A stretch of DNA of 64,000 nucleotides from Dehalococcoidia bacterium (GTDB lineage: Bacteria > Chloroflexota > Dehalococcoidia > UBA2979), in the NCBI GenBank assembly GCA_965219085.1, contig OZ244720.1, positions 2,080,001-2,144,000 of the forward strand. Direction: 5' to 3'. The translations under genes were made by a program, and so were the position numbers. Positions 19,043-28,112 of this stretch are shown piece after piece. Position 1 is the stretch's first letter; every line of letters starts with the position of its first letter. The notes beneath the pieces are model-generated. The model was not told where the DNA came from, searched no databases, and saw only the letters and a program-made list of their open reading frames with translations.

Positions 19043-21083
19043 CGGCGATCGCCTCGAGCTGCTTCAGCACCTGGTCCTGCACGTGCGCCGGCACCTCGGC
19101 GTAGCGGTCCACCTCGACGGTGAACGTGCCGCGGCCGTTGGTCATTGCGCGCAGGTCGGGACCGTAGCGCTGGATCTCGGCCAGCGGCGCCTCCGCCTGG
19201 ATCAGGCTGGTCTCGCCCGCCGGCTCGACGCCGTGGACCTGGCCGCGACGGCCGTTCAGGTCGCCCATCACGTCGCCCACGCGGTCGCCGGGGACGCGGA
19301 TGTTCAGCTTCACGATCGGCTCCAGCAGGATCGGCCGCGCATCGAGGAAGCCCTGCCTCAGCGCCTGCGACGCCGCCAGCTTGAATGCCATCTCCGAGGA
19401 GTCCACGGAGTGCGATGACCCGTCCACCAGCGTCACCCGCATATCCACGATCGGCGAGTGGGCGAGCGGGCCGTCCGGCAACTGCTCGACGAGCCCCTTC
19501 TCGACCGCGGGGATGAACTGCTTCGGGACGTTCCCGCCCACGACCTTCTGCTCGAAGCTGAAGCCCGCGCCGCGCTCCATCGGCTCGATCTGGATGACGA
19601 CGTGGCCGTACTGGCCGTGGCCGCCGGTCTGCTTGCGGTGACGATACTCGGCGCTCGCCTTCGTCGTGACCGTCTCGCGGTACGCCACGAGGGGCACCGA
19701 GACGTCGACCTCGACGCTGTAGTTCGCCTCGAGGCGCGCCGCGGCGATGTTCGCCTGCGCGTCGCCGATCGTCGACAAGATCGTCTCGCCCGTGTCCTGC
19801 GTGCGCATGACCTCGATCGTCGGGTCCTGCTCCACGAGACGCTGCAACGCGGTCGAGAGCTTGTCGACGTCGGCCTTCGTGCGCGGGTGCAGCGCCGAGC
19901 GGAACGTCGCCTCCGGGAACGGCAGCGGGGGCGCCTCGACGGTCGAGTCGGCCGAGGCGACGAAGGTGTCGCCGGTCATCGTCGCGGCGAGCTTGGCAGC
20001 GACGCCGATGTCGCCGGCGACGAGCTCGGGCACCTCGATCTGGTCCTTGCCGCGCTGGAGGTAGAGGTGGCCCAGGCGCTCGGTGGTGCGGCGCTGGACG
20101 TTGTAGGGGTTCGAGGTCGGCGTGAGCGTGCCGCGCAGCACCTTCATGAACGTCAGCCGGCCGACGAACGGGTCGGCGGTCGTCTTGAAGACGTGCGCCA
20201 CCACGTCGCCCTCACCGGTGGTGAGCGAGCCCTCCGCGAGGTCGTGCTCGCGGCCGAGCGGCGAGGGCAGCAGCCGCGTGATCTCGTTCAGGAGCGGGCG
20301 CAGCCCCGCGCCCGTCACGCTGCAGACCGCGAGCACGGGCACGACGTCGCCGGAGGCCACGGCCGCGGCGAGCGCCTCGGCGACGCGCTCACCAGGCAAC
20401 TCCTCGCCCTCGAGGTAGAGCTCGAGCAGCTCGTCGTCGGTCTCCGCGATGGACTCGATCAGCTGCTCGCGTGCCGCCTCGATGGCGTCGGCGAGGTCGG
20501 CCGGGGCGTCGCCCGGCGTGCCGTCTGCGCCCATGCGGGCCTGCCCGCTGACGAGGTCGACGACGCCCTCGAAGGAGTCGCCGGCGCCGATCGGGATGGT
20601 GAGGGGCACGACGCCCATGCCGAAGCGGTCGCGCAGCGAGCCGAGCACTCGGTCGAAGTCGGCGAACTCGCGGTCCATGCGGGCGACGGCGACAAAGCGG
20701 GCGAGGGAGTTGGTGTCGGCCATCTCCCATGCGACCTCGGTGCCACCCTCGATGCCGGAGGCGGCGTCGACGGTGACGATGGCGGCGTCGGCGGCGGCGG
20801 CGCCGCTGACCATCTCGCCGACGAAGTCGACGTAGCCGGGGGTGTCGATGAGGTTGATGCGGTGGCCGTTCCACTCGACCGGGAGCATGGAGAGGGAGAT
20901 GGAGTAGGTGCGGCGGCGCTCTTCGTCGTCGAAGTCGGCGACGGTGTTGCCGTCCTCGACGCGGCCGAGGCGGTTGATGGCGCCGGAGGCGAAGAGCGCG
21001 GCCTCGCCCAGGATCGTCTTGCCCGACCCGCTATGTCCCATCAGGACGACGTTGCGGAGTTGGTCAGACGTGTAGGCGTTCAT
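19029..21083 (-). CDS. fusA: Elongation factor G family protein (EF-G2-like paralogue)
   Basis: GHSGSGKT, DTPGYVDF, KQTGGHGQYG, DGSSHSVDSSEMAFK; alternative GTG start at 21095. Confidence 0.9.
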   Translation of the reverse strand: MNAYTSDQLRNVVLMGHSGSGKTILGEAALFASGAINRLGRVEDGNTVADFDDEERRRTYSISLSMLPVEWNGHRINLIDTPGYVDFVGEMVSGAAAADAAIVTVDAASGIEGGTEVAWEMADTNSLARFVAVARMDREFADFDRVLGSLRDRFGMGVVPLTIPIGAGDSFEGVVDLVSGQARMGADGTPGDAPADLADAIEAAREQLIESIAETDDELLELYLEGEELPGERVAEALAAAVASGDVVPVLAVCSVTGAGLRPLLNEITRLLPSPLGREHDLAEGSLTTGEGDVVAHVFKTTADPFVGRLTFMKVLRGTLTPTSNPYNVQRRTTERLGHLYLQRGKDQIEVPELVAGDIGVAAKLAATMTGDTFVASADSTVEAPPLPFPEATFRSALHPRTKADVDKLSTALQRLVEQDPTIEVMRTQDTGETILSTIGDAQANIAAARLEANYSVEVDVSVPLVAYRETVTTKASAEYRHRKQTGGHGQYGHVVIQIEPMERGAGFSFEQKVVGGNVPKQFIPAVEKGLVEQLPDGPLAHSPIVDMRVTLVDGSSHSVDSSEMAFKLAASQALRQGFLDARPILLEPIVKLNIRVPGDRVGDVMGDLNGRRGQVHGVEPAGETSLIQAEAPLAEIQRYGPDLRAMTNGRGTFTVEVDRYAEVPAHVQDQVLKQLEAIAAAEA

Positions 21084-21244
21084 CGTGCGTGGCACCCCCG
21101 TGCGTGTGTTGGTGCGGGGGATAGTACCGCGTGGGGGGCGCGCGGGACTAGGCGGCGATCGAGCTGGGATGGCTCCGGTACGCTGACTGAGGGTTTGGCG
21201 GTACCATCGGCGCCCGTAAGCGGTACTTGCGTCGGGCGGTTCAC

Positions 21245-21922
21245 GTGGAGTGTGCGGTTGTTATTGGGGAACTGAGATTCGGAACTCCGATGAGGGCGTT
21301 TCAGGTCACACGGCGCTTTCATGAACTCTTCGCTGGCAAGCCTCCCGACGAGGAGCCTCCTATGGTGGAGCAGCGGATGGTGTTCAACGCTGCCGACGAC
21401 GGCATTCGCGTCATCATCCAGCCTTCTCTCGTAGCAGTGATTCGACAAGGCGAAATCGATGGTGCTGTAGACGCCATCATTGGTCGACTCGTGCGGGTGC
21501 AACGCGAGTTTGCCGATCTCGGGGTCGCTCGCGTTGGGGTGCGGTCCGCGTGGTTGCAAGCTGTCGAAGACGACAGTTGGGACGATCTGGTCGAACGCTT
21601 CCGGCGCGGATTCATTGCGCCCGGGCCGTCTTACGAGCGGGGCACGGACCTCAGCCTGGCCTTCTCGTCGCATGGGGAGGATCCTGGCTATCACGTGCAG
21701 TGCGGTCCGATGGATCGGGAGCAGCTTCATGACCAATTCCTCCCATTCCCGGAGAAGTACGAGTCGCCGGAACGTCTCCTCTTCGCCGATGTAGACTATT
21801 GGGTGAGCACCGTCTCACCGTTCAATCGGCGACGGGTTGTGGACGTGATGCGGGAGGCGCTAACCTTCGCGTCCGGCTTCGCTGACATCCTGAGCACGCA
21901 GTTCGATCGAAACAGCCAATGA
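21245..21922 (+). CDS. Hypothetical protein, TIGR04255-like
   Basis: GELRF near N-term, RVGVR, LLFADVDY near C-term resemble TIGR04255; start uncertain (21227 or 21245). Confidence 0.5.
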   Translation: MECAVVIGELRFGTPMRAFQVTRRFHELFAGKPPDEEPPMVEQRMVFNAADDGIRVIIQPSLVAVIRQGEIDGAVDAIIGRLVRVQREFADLGVARVGVRSAWLQAVEDDSWDDLVERFRRGFIAPGPSYERGTDLSLAFSSHGEDPGYHVQCGPMDREQLHDQFLPFPEKYESPERLLFADVDYWVSTVSPFNRRRVVDVMREALTFASGFADILSTQFDRNSQ

Positions 21923-22248
21923 CCGTCACAGCTTCGACCATCACTGTTGGCAAGGCGGGCAAGCGGCCGCTTCTGGACTTCGGCGCAGAGGACGAGTCCA
22001 GCCGCGCGGCCTTGCACTATGAAGCCTCGGTCCCCGCGGCTGCCTCGTTACGCGGTACGCGACTCTCGGCTGCGCGCTGGTTGATGAACATTTTTGCCGG
22101 CGGGCTGATAATCTCGGTGTTCTCAGCAGTCGGCTTCGAGATAGCCGGGTCGGATGACGGCGTGTTCATCTCGGCATTGGCATCGGGTGGGTTCTTGTCC
22201 CTCACGGCCACGGCTGCGCTCCGCTGGTTCTCGCGAGGACGCCTCTAG
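21919..22248 (+). CDS. Small hypothetical membrane protein
   Basis: ATGA overlap with upstream gene; two hydrophobic segments. Confidence 0.55.
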   Translation: MTVTASTITVGKAGKRPLLDFGAEDESSRAALHYEASVPAAASLRGTRLSAARWLMNIFAGGLIISVFSAVGFEIAGSDDGVFISALASGGFLSLTATAALRWFSRGRL

Positions 22249-22261
22249 AAGTTGCGAAGTG

Positions 22262-22465
22262 TCATGGTTCGCGGTCGTCCGCTGTCACGACGATGAAGGT
22301 CATGCAGACTAGGATGAACACAACCAAAACTAGCACTGGAGCGAAGTTCTCGACCCTCGGATTGGGGTCGATCGGGAGCTTGAGTACGGCGAACACGACT
22401 CCGCACGTCCCGACCACGTTAACTACAGATATGGGCCGCCAGCCAGCCTGAACCAGTGCCTTCAC
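22262..22465 (-). CDS. Small hypothetical membrane protein
   Basis: 67 aa with two hydrophobic segments; no family recognised. Confidence 0.3.
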   Translation of the reverse strand: MKALVQAGWRPISVVNVVGTCGVVFAVLKLPIDPNPRVENFAPVLVLVVFILVCMTFIVVTADDREP

Positions 22466-22530
22466 TAAGTCCGTGAGCGCTTCCAGGGTGGCCCTTCATC
22501 CATCATTGCAGCACTATCCTTGTACACAGT

Positions 22531-24276
22531 TCACCCCGCCGCCCGCAAGTCCAACACCTCCAGCTGCAACGTCCCCCGCATCCCGTCTCGCCGGAACCGG
22601 TACACGATGTCTGCGAGGTCGCCGTCCGGCACCGCGTTGGAGGCCCCCTCGCGTCCGCGAGGATCCCGGCCAAGGAGTCCGAACGCGATCGCGCGCCACG
22701 TCACGCGGCCCTCGCGCAGTGTGAACTGGAGGTGCGAGCCGTCCTGGCCGACGGCGCGTGAGTTCTCGATGCGCACGCCGCGGGCGAGGAACGTCGGGAC
22801 GGGGTTGCCCTGACCGTGCGGGCCGAGGCGGTGCAGCCAGCGCAGCAACTCGCCGTTGACCGCGTGCAGCGGCAGTTCGGCCTCGATGTCGAGTGTCGGG
22901 GTGAGGTCGTCGGGGGTGAGGCGCGTGGCGGCGTCGGCGACGAGGCGCTCCCGTAGCTCGGGCAGGCGCGACGCGTCGATGCTGAAGCCGGCGGCGGCGC
23001 GGTGGCCGCCGTAGCGCAGGAAGAGGTCGCCGTGGCGGCGCAGCAGCGCCGTGATGTCGAACGTCTCGATCGAGCGGCACGAGCCGCGGCCCTCGCCGTC
23101 GGCGATCTGCATGGCGATCGCCGGCCGGTGGTGCGCCTCGACGAGCCGTCCGGCGACGAGCCCGACGATCCCCGACGAGATCGCCTCGCTCGCGACGATG
23201 AGCAGCGGGTCTTCGCGATGCTTGGGCGTGAGCAGCTCATCGGCGAGGGCGAGCGCGTCCAGGGTGTCCTGGCGGCGCTGGCGGTTGAGCGCGTCGAGCC
23301 TGCCGGCGAGGCGCGCGGCCTCGGCATCGGAGTCCGTGAGCAGCAGCTGGAGCGCGGTGTTGGCGTGCTCCATGCGGCCCGCGGCGTTGATGCGCGGGCC
23401 GAGCGTCCAGCCGCACAGCTCCGGGTCGGCGTCGGCGAGGTCGACCCTCGAGGCCTCGGCGAGCGCACGTAACCCCGGCCGCTGCGAGCGCGCGAGCGCG
23501 TCGAGGCCGATGCGTACAAGGTCGCGGTTCTCGCCCACGAGCGGTGCGAGGTCGCAGACGGTGCCGAGCGCGACGAGCGCGCGGTGCTCGGACGGGTCGT
23601 AGTCGCGTCCGAGGCGCGCGTAGAGGTCGTGCGCGACCTTGTGCGCGACGCCGCAGGCGGCGGGTTCCGAGCCGTACTGCGAGTCGGTGAGCTTCGGGTT
23701 GACGAGCGCGAGCGCGTCCGGGAGGGCGTCGGGCACGGTGTGGTGGTCGATGATGATCACGTCCATGCCGAGCTCGTTCGCCAGGTCCACCTCGGCGACC
23801 GCCGAGGTGCCGCAGTCCGCCGTCACGAACACGCTCGCGCCGCGTGCGTGGAGCGCGCGCACGGCGCCAGGGTTCGGGCCGTAGCCCTCGGCGAAGCGGT
23901 CGGGGATGTACGGCAGGGCGTGCGCGCCGAGGTCGTCGAGGGCCTCGGTGAGGATCGTGGTCGCGGTGATGCCGTCGACGTCGAAGTCGCCGAAGACGGC
24001 GACGGTCTCCCCCTCGGTGCACGCGCGCTCGAGCCGGTCGACGGCCACGTCGAGGTTCGGCATGAGCGCGGGATCGGTCAGCTCGCCGGGCTTACCGAGG
24101 TGGTGTGACGCCTCGGCGACGTTGCGCACGCCGCGCCGCGCCAGCAGCAGCGAGATCAGCAGCGGCCAGCTCGCCCCCGTGAACGCGTCGAGGTCGGGTG
24201 GGGCGGCGAGTCGCCACAGGCGCCCGCCGGAGCCTTCGAGCACGCGACCGGCAGGGTATCCCTGCGTCCCGGGCAC
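22531..24276 (-). CDS. recJ: Single-stranded DNA exonuclease RecJ
   Basis: GDFDVDG, TADCG, IIDHH, GPRINAAGRM, GRGSCRS, GGHRAAAG; start approximate. Confidence 0.95.
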   Translation of the reverse strand: MPGTQGYPAGRVLEGSGGRLWRLAAPPDLDAFTGASWPLLISLLLARRGVRNVAEASHHLGKPGELTDPALMPNLDVAVDRLERACTEGETVAVFGDFDVDGITATTILTEALDDLGAHALPYIPDRFAEGYGPNPGAVRALHARGASVFVTADCGTSAVAEVDLANELGMDVIIIDHHTVPDALPDALALVNPKLTDSQYGSEPAACGVAHKVAHDLYARLGRDYDPSEHRALVALGTVCDLAPLVGENRDLVRIGLDALARSQRPGLRALAEASRVDLADADPELCGWTLGPRINAAGRMEHANTALQLLLTDSDAEAARLAGRLDALNRQRRQDTLDALALADELLTPKHREDPLLIVASEAISSGIVGLVAGRLVEAHHRPAIAMQIADGEGRGSCRSIETFDITALLRRHGDLFLRYGGHRAAAGFSIDASRLPELRERLVADAATRLTPDDLTPTLDIEAELPLHAVNGELLRWLHRLGPHGQGNPVPTFLARGVRIENSRAVGQDGSHLQFTLREGRVTWRAIAFGLLGRDPRGREGASNAVPDGDLADIVYRFRRDGMRGTLQLEVLDLRAAG

Positions 24277-24379
24277 ACCGGCCGAATCCGCGCGTGCGCG
24301 CTGGAGGGTGGTGGATCCGCTGACGGGGGGAGCAGCGCCGGGGTCCTGCGGGTCTGGCCCGCCGTGGAAGGTGCTCGCG

Positions 24380-25636
24380 CTACTCGTGGTACCTCCGGAA
24401 CAGCAGGGCCGAGTTGTGGCCGCCGAAGCCGAGCGAGTTGGACATCGCGTACTCGATGTCGACGTCGCGGGCGCCCTCGGGCACGTAGTCGAGGTCGCAG
24501 TCGGGGTCGGGCACCTCGATGTTGCGGGTCATGTGGATGCGCTGGTCGCGCAGCGACAGGACGGTCGCCACCGACTCGATCGCGCCCGCCGCGCCGAGCG
24601 TGTGGCCGAGCATCGACTTACTCGAGCTGATCGGGATGGTGAGGGCGGACTCGCCGAAGACGGTCTTGATCGACATGGTCTCGAACTTGTCGTTGAGCGG
24701 GGTGCTGGTGCCGTGGGCGTTGATGTAGCCCACGTCGCTGGCGGCGACGCCGCCTTTGCGCAACGCGATGTTGATCGCGCGCGCCGCGCCCTCGCCGTTC
24801 TCGGACGGCTGGGTGACGTGGAAGGCGTCGGCCGACTGGCCGTAGGAGACGGCTTCGCACAGGATGGGCGCGCCGCGCTCCAGCGCGAACTCGAGGTCCT
24901 CGAGGATGAGCGTGCCGGCGCCCTCGGCGAGCACGAAGCCGTCGCGGTCCATGTCGAACGGGCGCGAGGCGTGCTCGGGGTCGTCGTTGCGCTTGGTGGA
25001 GAGTGCGCGCGAGGCGTGGAAGGCGGCGAGACCCATGCGCGTGACGCAGGCGTCGCTGCCGCCGGTGATCATCGCGCGCGCGTCGCCGCGGCGGATCGTC
25101 TCGAGCGCGGTGCCGATCGCATCGGCGCCGGAGGCGCAGGCGGAGACGGTGTTGTAGTTCGGGCCGCGCGCGCCGAAGCGGATCGAGACCTGCCCGGCCG
25201 CCATGTCGGAGATGAAGGCCGGCACCAGGAACGGCGAGATGCGCCCCGGGCCCTTCTCGAACAGCACCTGGAACTGGTCCTCCAGCCAGGCGAGCCCGCC
25301 CATGCCGGAGCCGATCATCGCCCCGATCTCGTCGGCCGCCGAGGAGACGTCGAGCCCGGAATGGTCGAGCGCGTCCTGCGTGGCCGCGATCGAGAGCTGC
25401 ACGAAGCGGTCCATGCGGCGCGCTTCCTTGCGGTCGATGAAGTCGCGCGGGTCGAAGTCCGTGACCTCGCCCGCGATGCGCGCCTCGAGGTCGGCGGATT
25501 CGCAGAGCGTGACCGGCCCGATCCCGTTCTCGCCCGCGAGCAGCGCATCCCAGGTGGCCTCCCGGCCGACGCCGAGTGCGGTCATCATGCCGACGCCGGT
25601 CACGACGACGCGGCGCTGCGTGGTGTCCTCGCTCAT
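24380..25636 (-). CDS. fabF: Beta-ketoacyl-ACP synthase II
   Basis: SACASG, NAHGTST, KSMLGHTLGAAG, SNSLGFGGHN. Confidence 0.94.
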   Translation of the reverse strand: MSEDTTQRRVVVTGVGMMTALGVGREATWDALLAGENGIGPVTLCESADLEARIAGEVTDFDPRDFIDRKEARRMDRFVQLSIAATQDALDHSGLDVSSAADEIGAMIGSGMGGLAWLEDQFQVLFEKGPGRISPFLVPAFISDMAAGQVSIRFGARGPNYNTVSACASGADAIGTALETIRRGDARAMITGGSDACVTRMGLAAFHASRALSTKRNDDPEHASRPFDMDRDGFVLAEGAGTLILEDLEFALERGAPILCEAVSYGQSADAFHVTQPSENGEGAARAINIALRKGGVAASDVGYINAHGTSTPLNDKFETMSIKTVFGESALTIPISSSKSMLGHTLGAAGAIESVATVLSLRDQRIHMTRNIEVPDPDCDLDYVPEGARDVDIEYAMSNSLGFGGHNSALLFRRYHE

Positions 25637-26889
25637 GGTCCGCCCTCCCAGCGTCCGAATATCAGGGCCGAATTATGCCCCCCAAGCCCCACCGACGTAC
25701 TCATCGCGTGGCGTATCTCCATCGAGCGGGCCTCGTTCGGCACGTAGTCGAGGTCGCAGTCGGGGTCCGGCGTGCGGTAGTTGATCGTGGGCGGCGCCAT
25801 CTGCTGGTCGCAGGTCATCACCGTGATCGCCGCTTCCACGGCCCCGGCCGCGCCCATCATGTGGCCCAGCATCGACTTCGTCGAGGAGACCGCGAGGCGG
25901 TCCGCCTGGTCTCCGAAGACCTCGCGGATCGCGTGCGTCTCGACGCGGTCGTTCATCGGCGTGCTCGTGCCGTGCGCGTTGATGTAGTCGACCTCGCCAA
26001 CGTCGACGCCTCCGCCGGCAAGCGCCCGCCGCATCGCGTGGGTGATGCCGCGGCCGTCGTCGGCCGAGGCGACCATGTCGAAGGCGTCGCTCGCCGTGGC
26101 TGCGCCCTTCCACTCGGCGTAGATGTGGGCGTCGCGCGCGAGCGCGTGGTCGAGGTCCTCGAGGATGAGCACGCCGACGCCTTCGGAGATCACGAAGCCG
26201 TTGCGGTCGGCGTCGAAGGGGCGCGAAGCGAGCTTCGGGTCGTCGTGCTCGGCGAGGGCGCGCATGGCGGTGAATCCGGCGTAGTAGAGCGGGCGCAGTG
26301 GCGCCTCGAAGCCGCCGGCGATGATGACCTCGGCCTCGCCGCGGCGGATCAGCTCGGCCGCCTCGCCGACGGCCGCGCCGCCGGTGGCGCATGCGGCGGT
26401 GACCGCGAGGTTCGGACCCTGCGCGCCGAGCGCGATGGCGACGAGGCCCGACGCGGTGTCGGGCAGCGAGTTGGTGATCATGAACGGGCTTACGCGGCGC
26501 GCGCCCCGCTCGTCCATCACCTGCTGGCTTTCGACCAGCATGTAGGCGCCACCAATGCCGGTGCCGAGCACGATCCCGACGCTGCCCGGCTGCTGCCGCT
26601 CGAGGTCGAGCTGTGCGTCCTCGACGGCCTGCCGGGACGCAGCCATCGCCAGCACCGAGGATCGGTCGATGCGGCGCAGCAGCTTGGCGTCGACGTAGTT
26701 CGCGGGCTCGAAGCCCTTGATCTCCCCGGCGATCGGGCACGCGAAGTCCGAGGCGTCGAAGGCGGTGATGGGGGCGATGCCGGAGCGGCCCTCGACGAGC
26801 CCCTCCCACGTCGACTCCATGTCGAGGCCGAGGGGCGTGAGCGCCCCGAGCCCGGTCACCACCACGCGCCGGTCGGAACGCTCCGTCAT
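25633..26889 (-). CDS. fabF: Beta-ketoacyl-ACP synthase II paralogue
   Basis: AACATG, NAHGTST, KSMLGHMMGAAG; Cys-His-His triad intact. Confidence 0.88.
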   Translation of the reverse strand: MTERSDRRVVVTGLGALTPLGLDMESTWEGLVEGRSGIAPITAFDASDFACPIAGEIKGFEPANYVDAKLLRRIDRSSVLAMAASRQAVEDAQLDLERQQPGSVGIVLGTGIGGAYMLVESQQVMDERGARRVSPFMITNSLPDTASGLVAIALGAQGPNLAVTAACATGGAAVGEAAELIRRGEAEVIIAGGFEAPLRPLYYAGFTAMRALAEHDDPKLASRPFDADRNGFVISEGVGVLILEDLDHALARDAHIYAEWKGAATASDAFDMVASADDGRGITHAMRRALAGGGVDVGEVDYINAHGTSTPMNDRVETHAIREVFGDQADRLAVSSTKSMLGHMMGAAGAVEAAITVMTCDQQMAPPTINYRTPDPDCDLDYVPNEARSMEIRHAMSTSVGLGGHNSALIFGRWEGGP

Positions 26890-27896
26890 CAGGAAGGCGC
26901 CGCCTGTGTCGACCCCGGGGGCAGCACGGAGATCGGGATCGGCTCGACCTCGGCGTCGTTGAGGGACACCGCGGTCACGCTCTGGTCAGTCCGTCGCACG
27001 AGCCGCGCCAGCACGTGGCCGGGCCCGCTCTCGACGAAGGTGCGCACGCCCTGGTTGGTCATCTCGCGCACGTTGTCGGACCAGTACACCGGGGCGTGCA
27101 GCTGTTCGGAGAACTCCTCGCGGAGGTCGTCGGCGGTGTGCAGCAGCTTCGAGGTGCGGTTGGAGACGATCGGCCGGACAGGGTCGCTGATCGGGATCTC
27201 GCGGATGAGGTACGCAAACTCCTGGGCCTGCCCGTCGTGCAGCGGGGTGTGGCTGGACACCTTCACCTTGAGGCGGATCACCCGCCCCTGCAGCTCGCGC
27301 GCGCGGTCCATCGCGCGCTCGAGCGCGGTCACATCGCCGCTGATCACGGTCTGGGTGTCGAGGTTGTGGTTGGCGATGTCGACACGGCTCTCCGGCGAGA
27401 GCGTCGCCTCCTCGCAGAGCTGCTGCACGAGCTCGCCGTTGAGCCCGATGATCGAGGCCATCCCGACCGGGCGGCCCTCGTTGAAGCGGCTCATGAGCTT
27501 CGAGCGTTCGAGCACGATGAGCATCGCGTCGCGGAACGTGAGCGCCTCGGCGGCGACGGCGGCGCTGAAGAGCCCGAGCGAGTGGCCGCCGAAGAGTCGC
27601 GGGCGGATCGAGCGCCCGACCTCGGCCAGCTTCTCGTGCATCGCGCCGAGGAACGCCACGGAGGTGGTGAGCACGGCCGGCTGCGTGAAGGTGGTCTCGG
27701 AGAGCGCTTCGGCGTCTTCTTCGATGCAGATCTCGGCGACGTCCATACCGGCGATGTCGCTCGCCTCCTGGTAGACGCGGCGGGCGACCTCGGAGTGTTC
27801 GTACACGAGGCGACCCATGCCAGGCTGCTGCGAGCCCTGACCTGGGAAGAGGATGGCGACTGGATCGCTCTCGGGAGTGGGAGTGCCTTCGCTCAC
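26889..27896 (-). CDS. fabD: Malonyl-CoA:ACP transacylase
   Basis: FPGQGSQ, TQPA, GHSLG, SSHTP, ESGPG. Confidence 0.88.
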   Translation of the reverse strand: MSEGTPTPESDPVAILFPGQGSQQPGMGRLVYEHSEVARRVYQEASDIAGMDVAEICIEEDAEALSETTFTQPAVLTTSVAFLGAMHEKLAEVGRSIRPRLFGGHSLGLFSAAVAAEALTFRDAMLIVLERSKLMSRFNEGRPVGMASIIGLNGELVQQLCEEATLSPESRVDIANHNLDTQTVISGDVTALERAMDRARELQGRVIRLKVKVSSHTPLHDGQAQEFAYLIREIPISDPVRPIVSNRTSKLLHTADDLREEFSEQLHAPVYWSDNVREMTNQGVRTFVESGPGHVLARLVRRTDQSVTAVSLNDAEVEPIPISVLPPGSTQAAPS

Positions 27897-28112
27897 GGCG
27901 CTGGGTCTCCGGGGGAGGTGGGGTTTCGCGCGCAGGTGGTTGTGGGGCGCAATGGAAGCCCGCTCGTCCCCCCTGCGGCGGCCTCCCCTGCAGCGGCACT
28001 CTGGCGTGCGCGCCTGCCCGGTAATGGTACGGGACGGCGGCCCTGCAATGCTACGGCCCCCCGGCGCGCTTGCTTGTTCGCCGTCGCTCGATGGCCATAA
28101 TGGGTCTGCAAG

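Noticed and set aside
22647-22662. CCTCGCG/CGCGAGG hairpin within an apparent short insertion in the RecJ C-terminus, resembling the crotonase hairpins
   Set aside because: Too short to distinguish from chance in GC-rich DNA
19458-27774. Long antisense or alternate-frame ORFs (e.g. 19458-21275, 23906-25747, 25576-27774, and similar ones elsewhere)
   Set aside because: Shadow ORFs expected from high GC3 opposite well-recognised genes; no recognisable motifs
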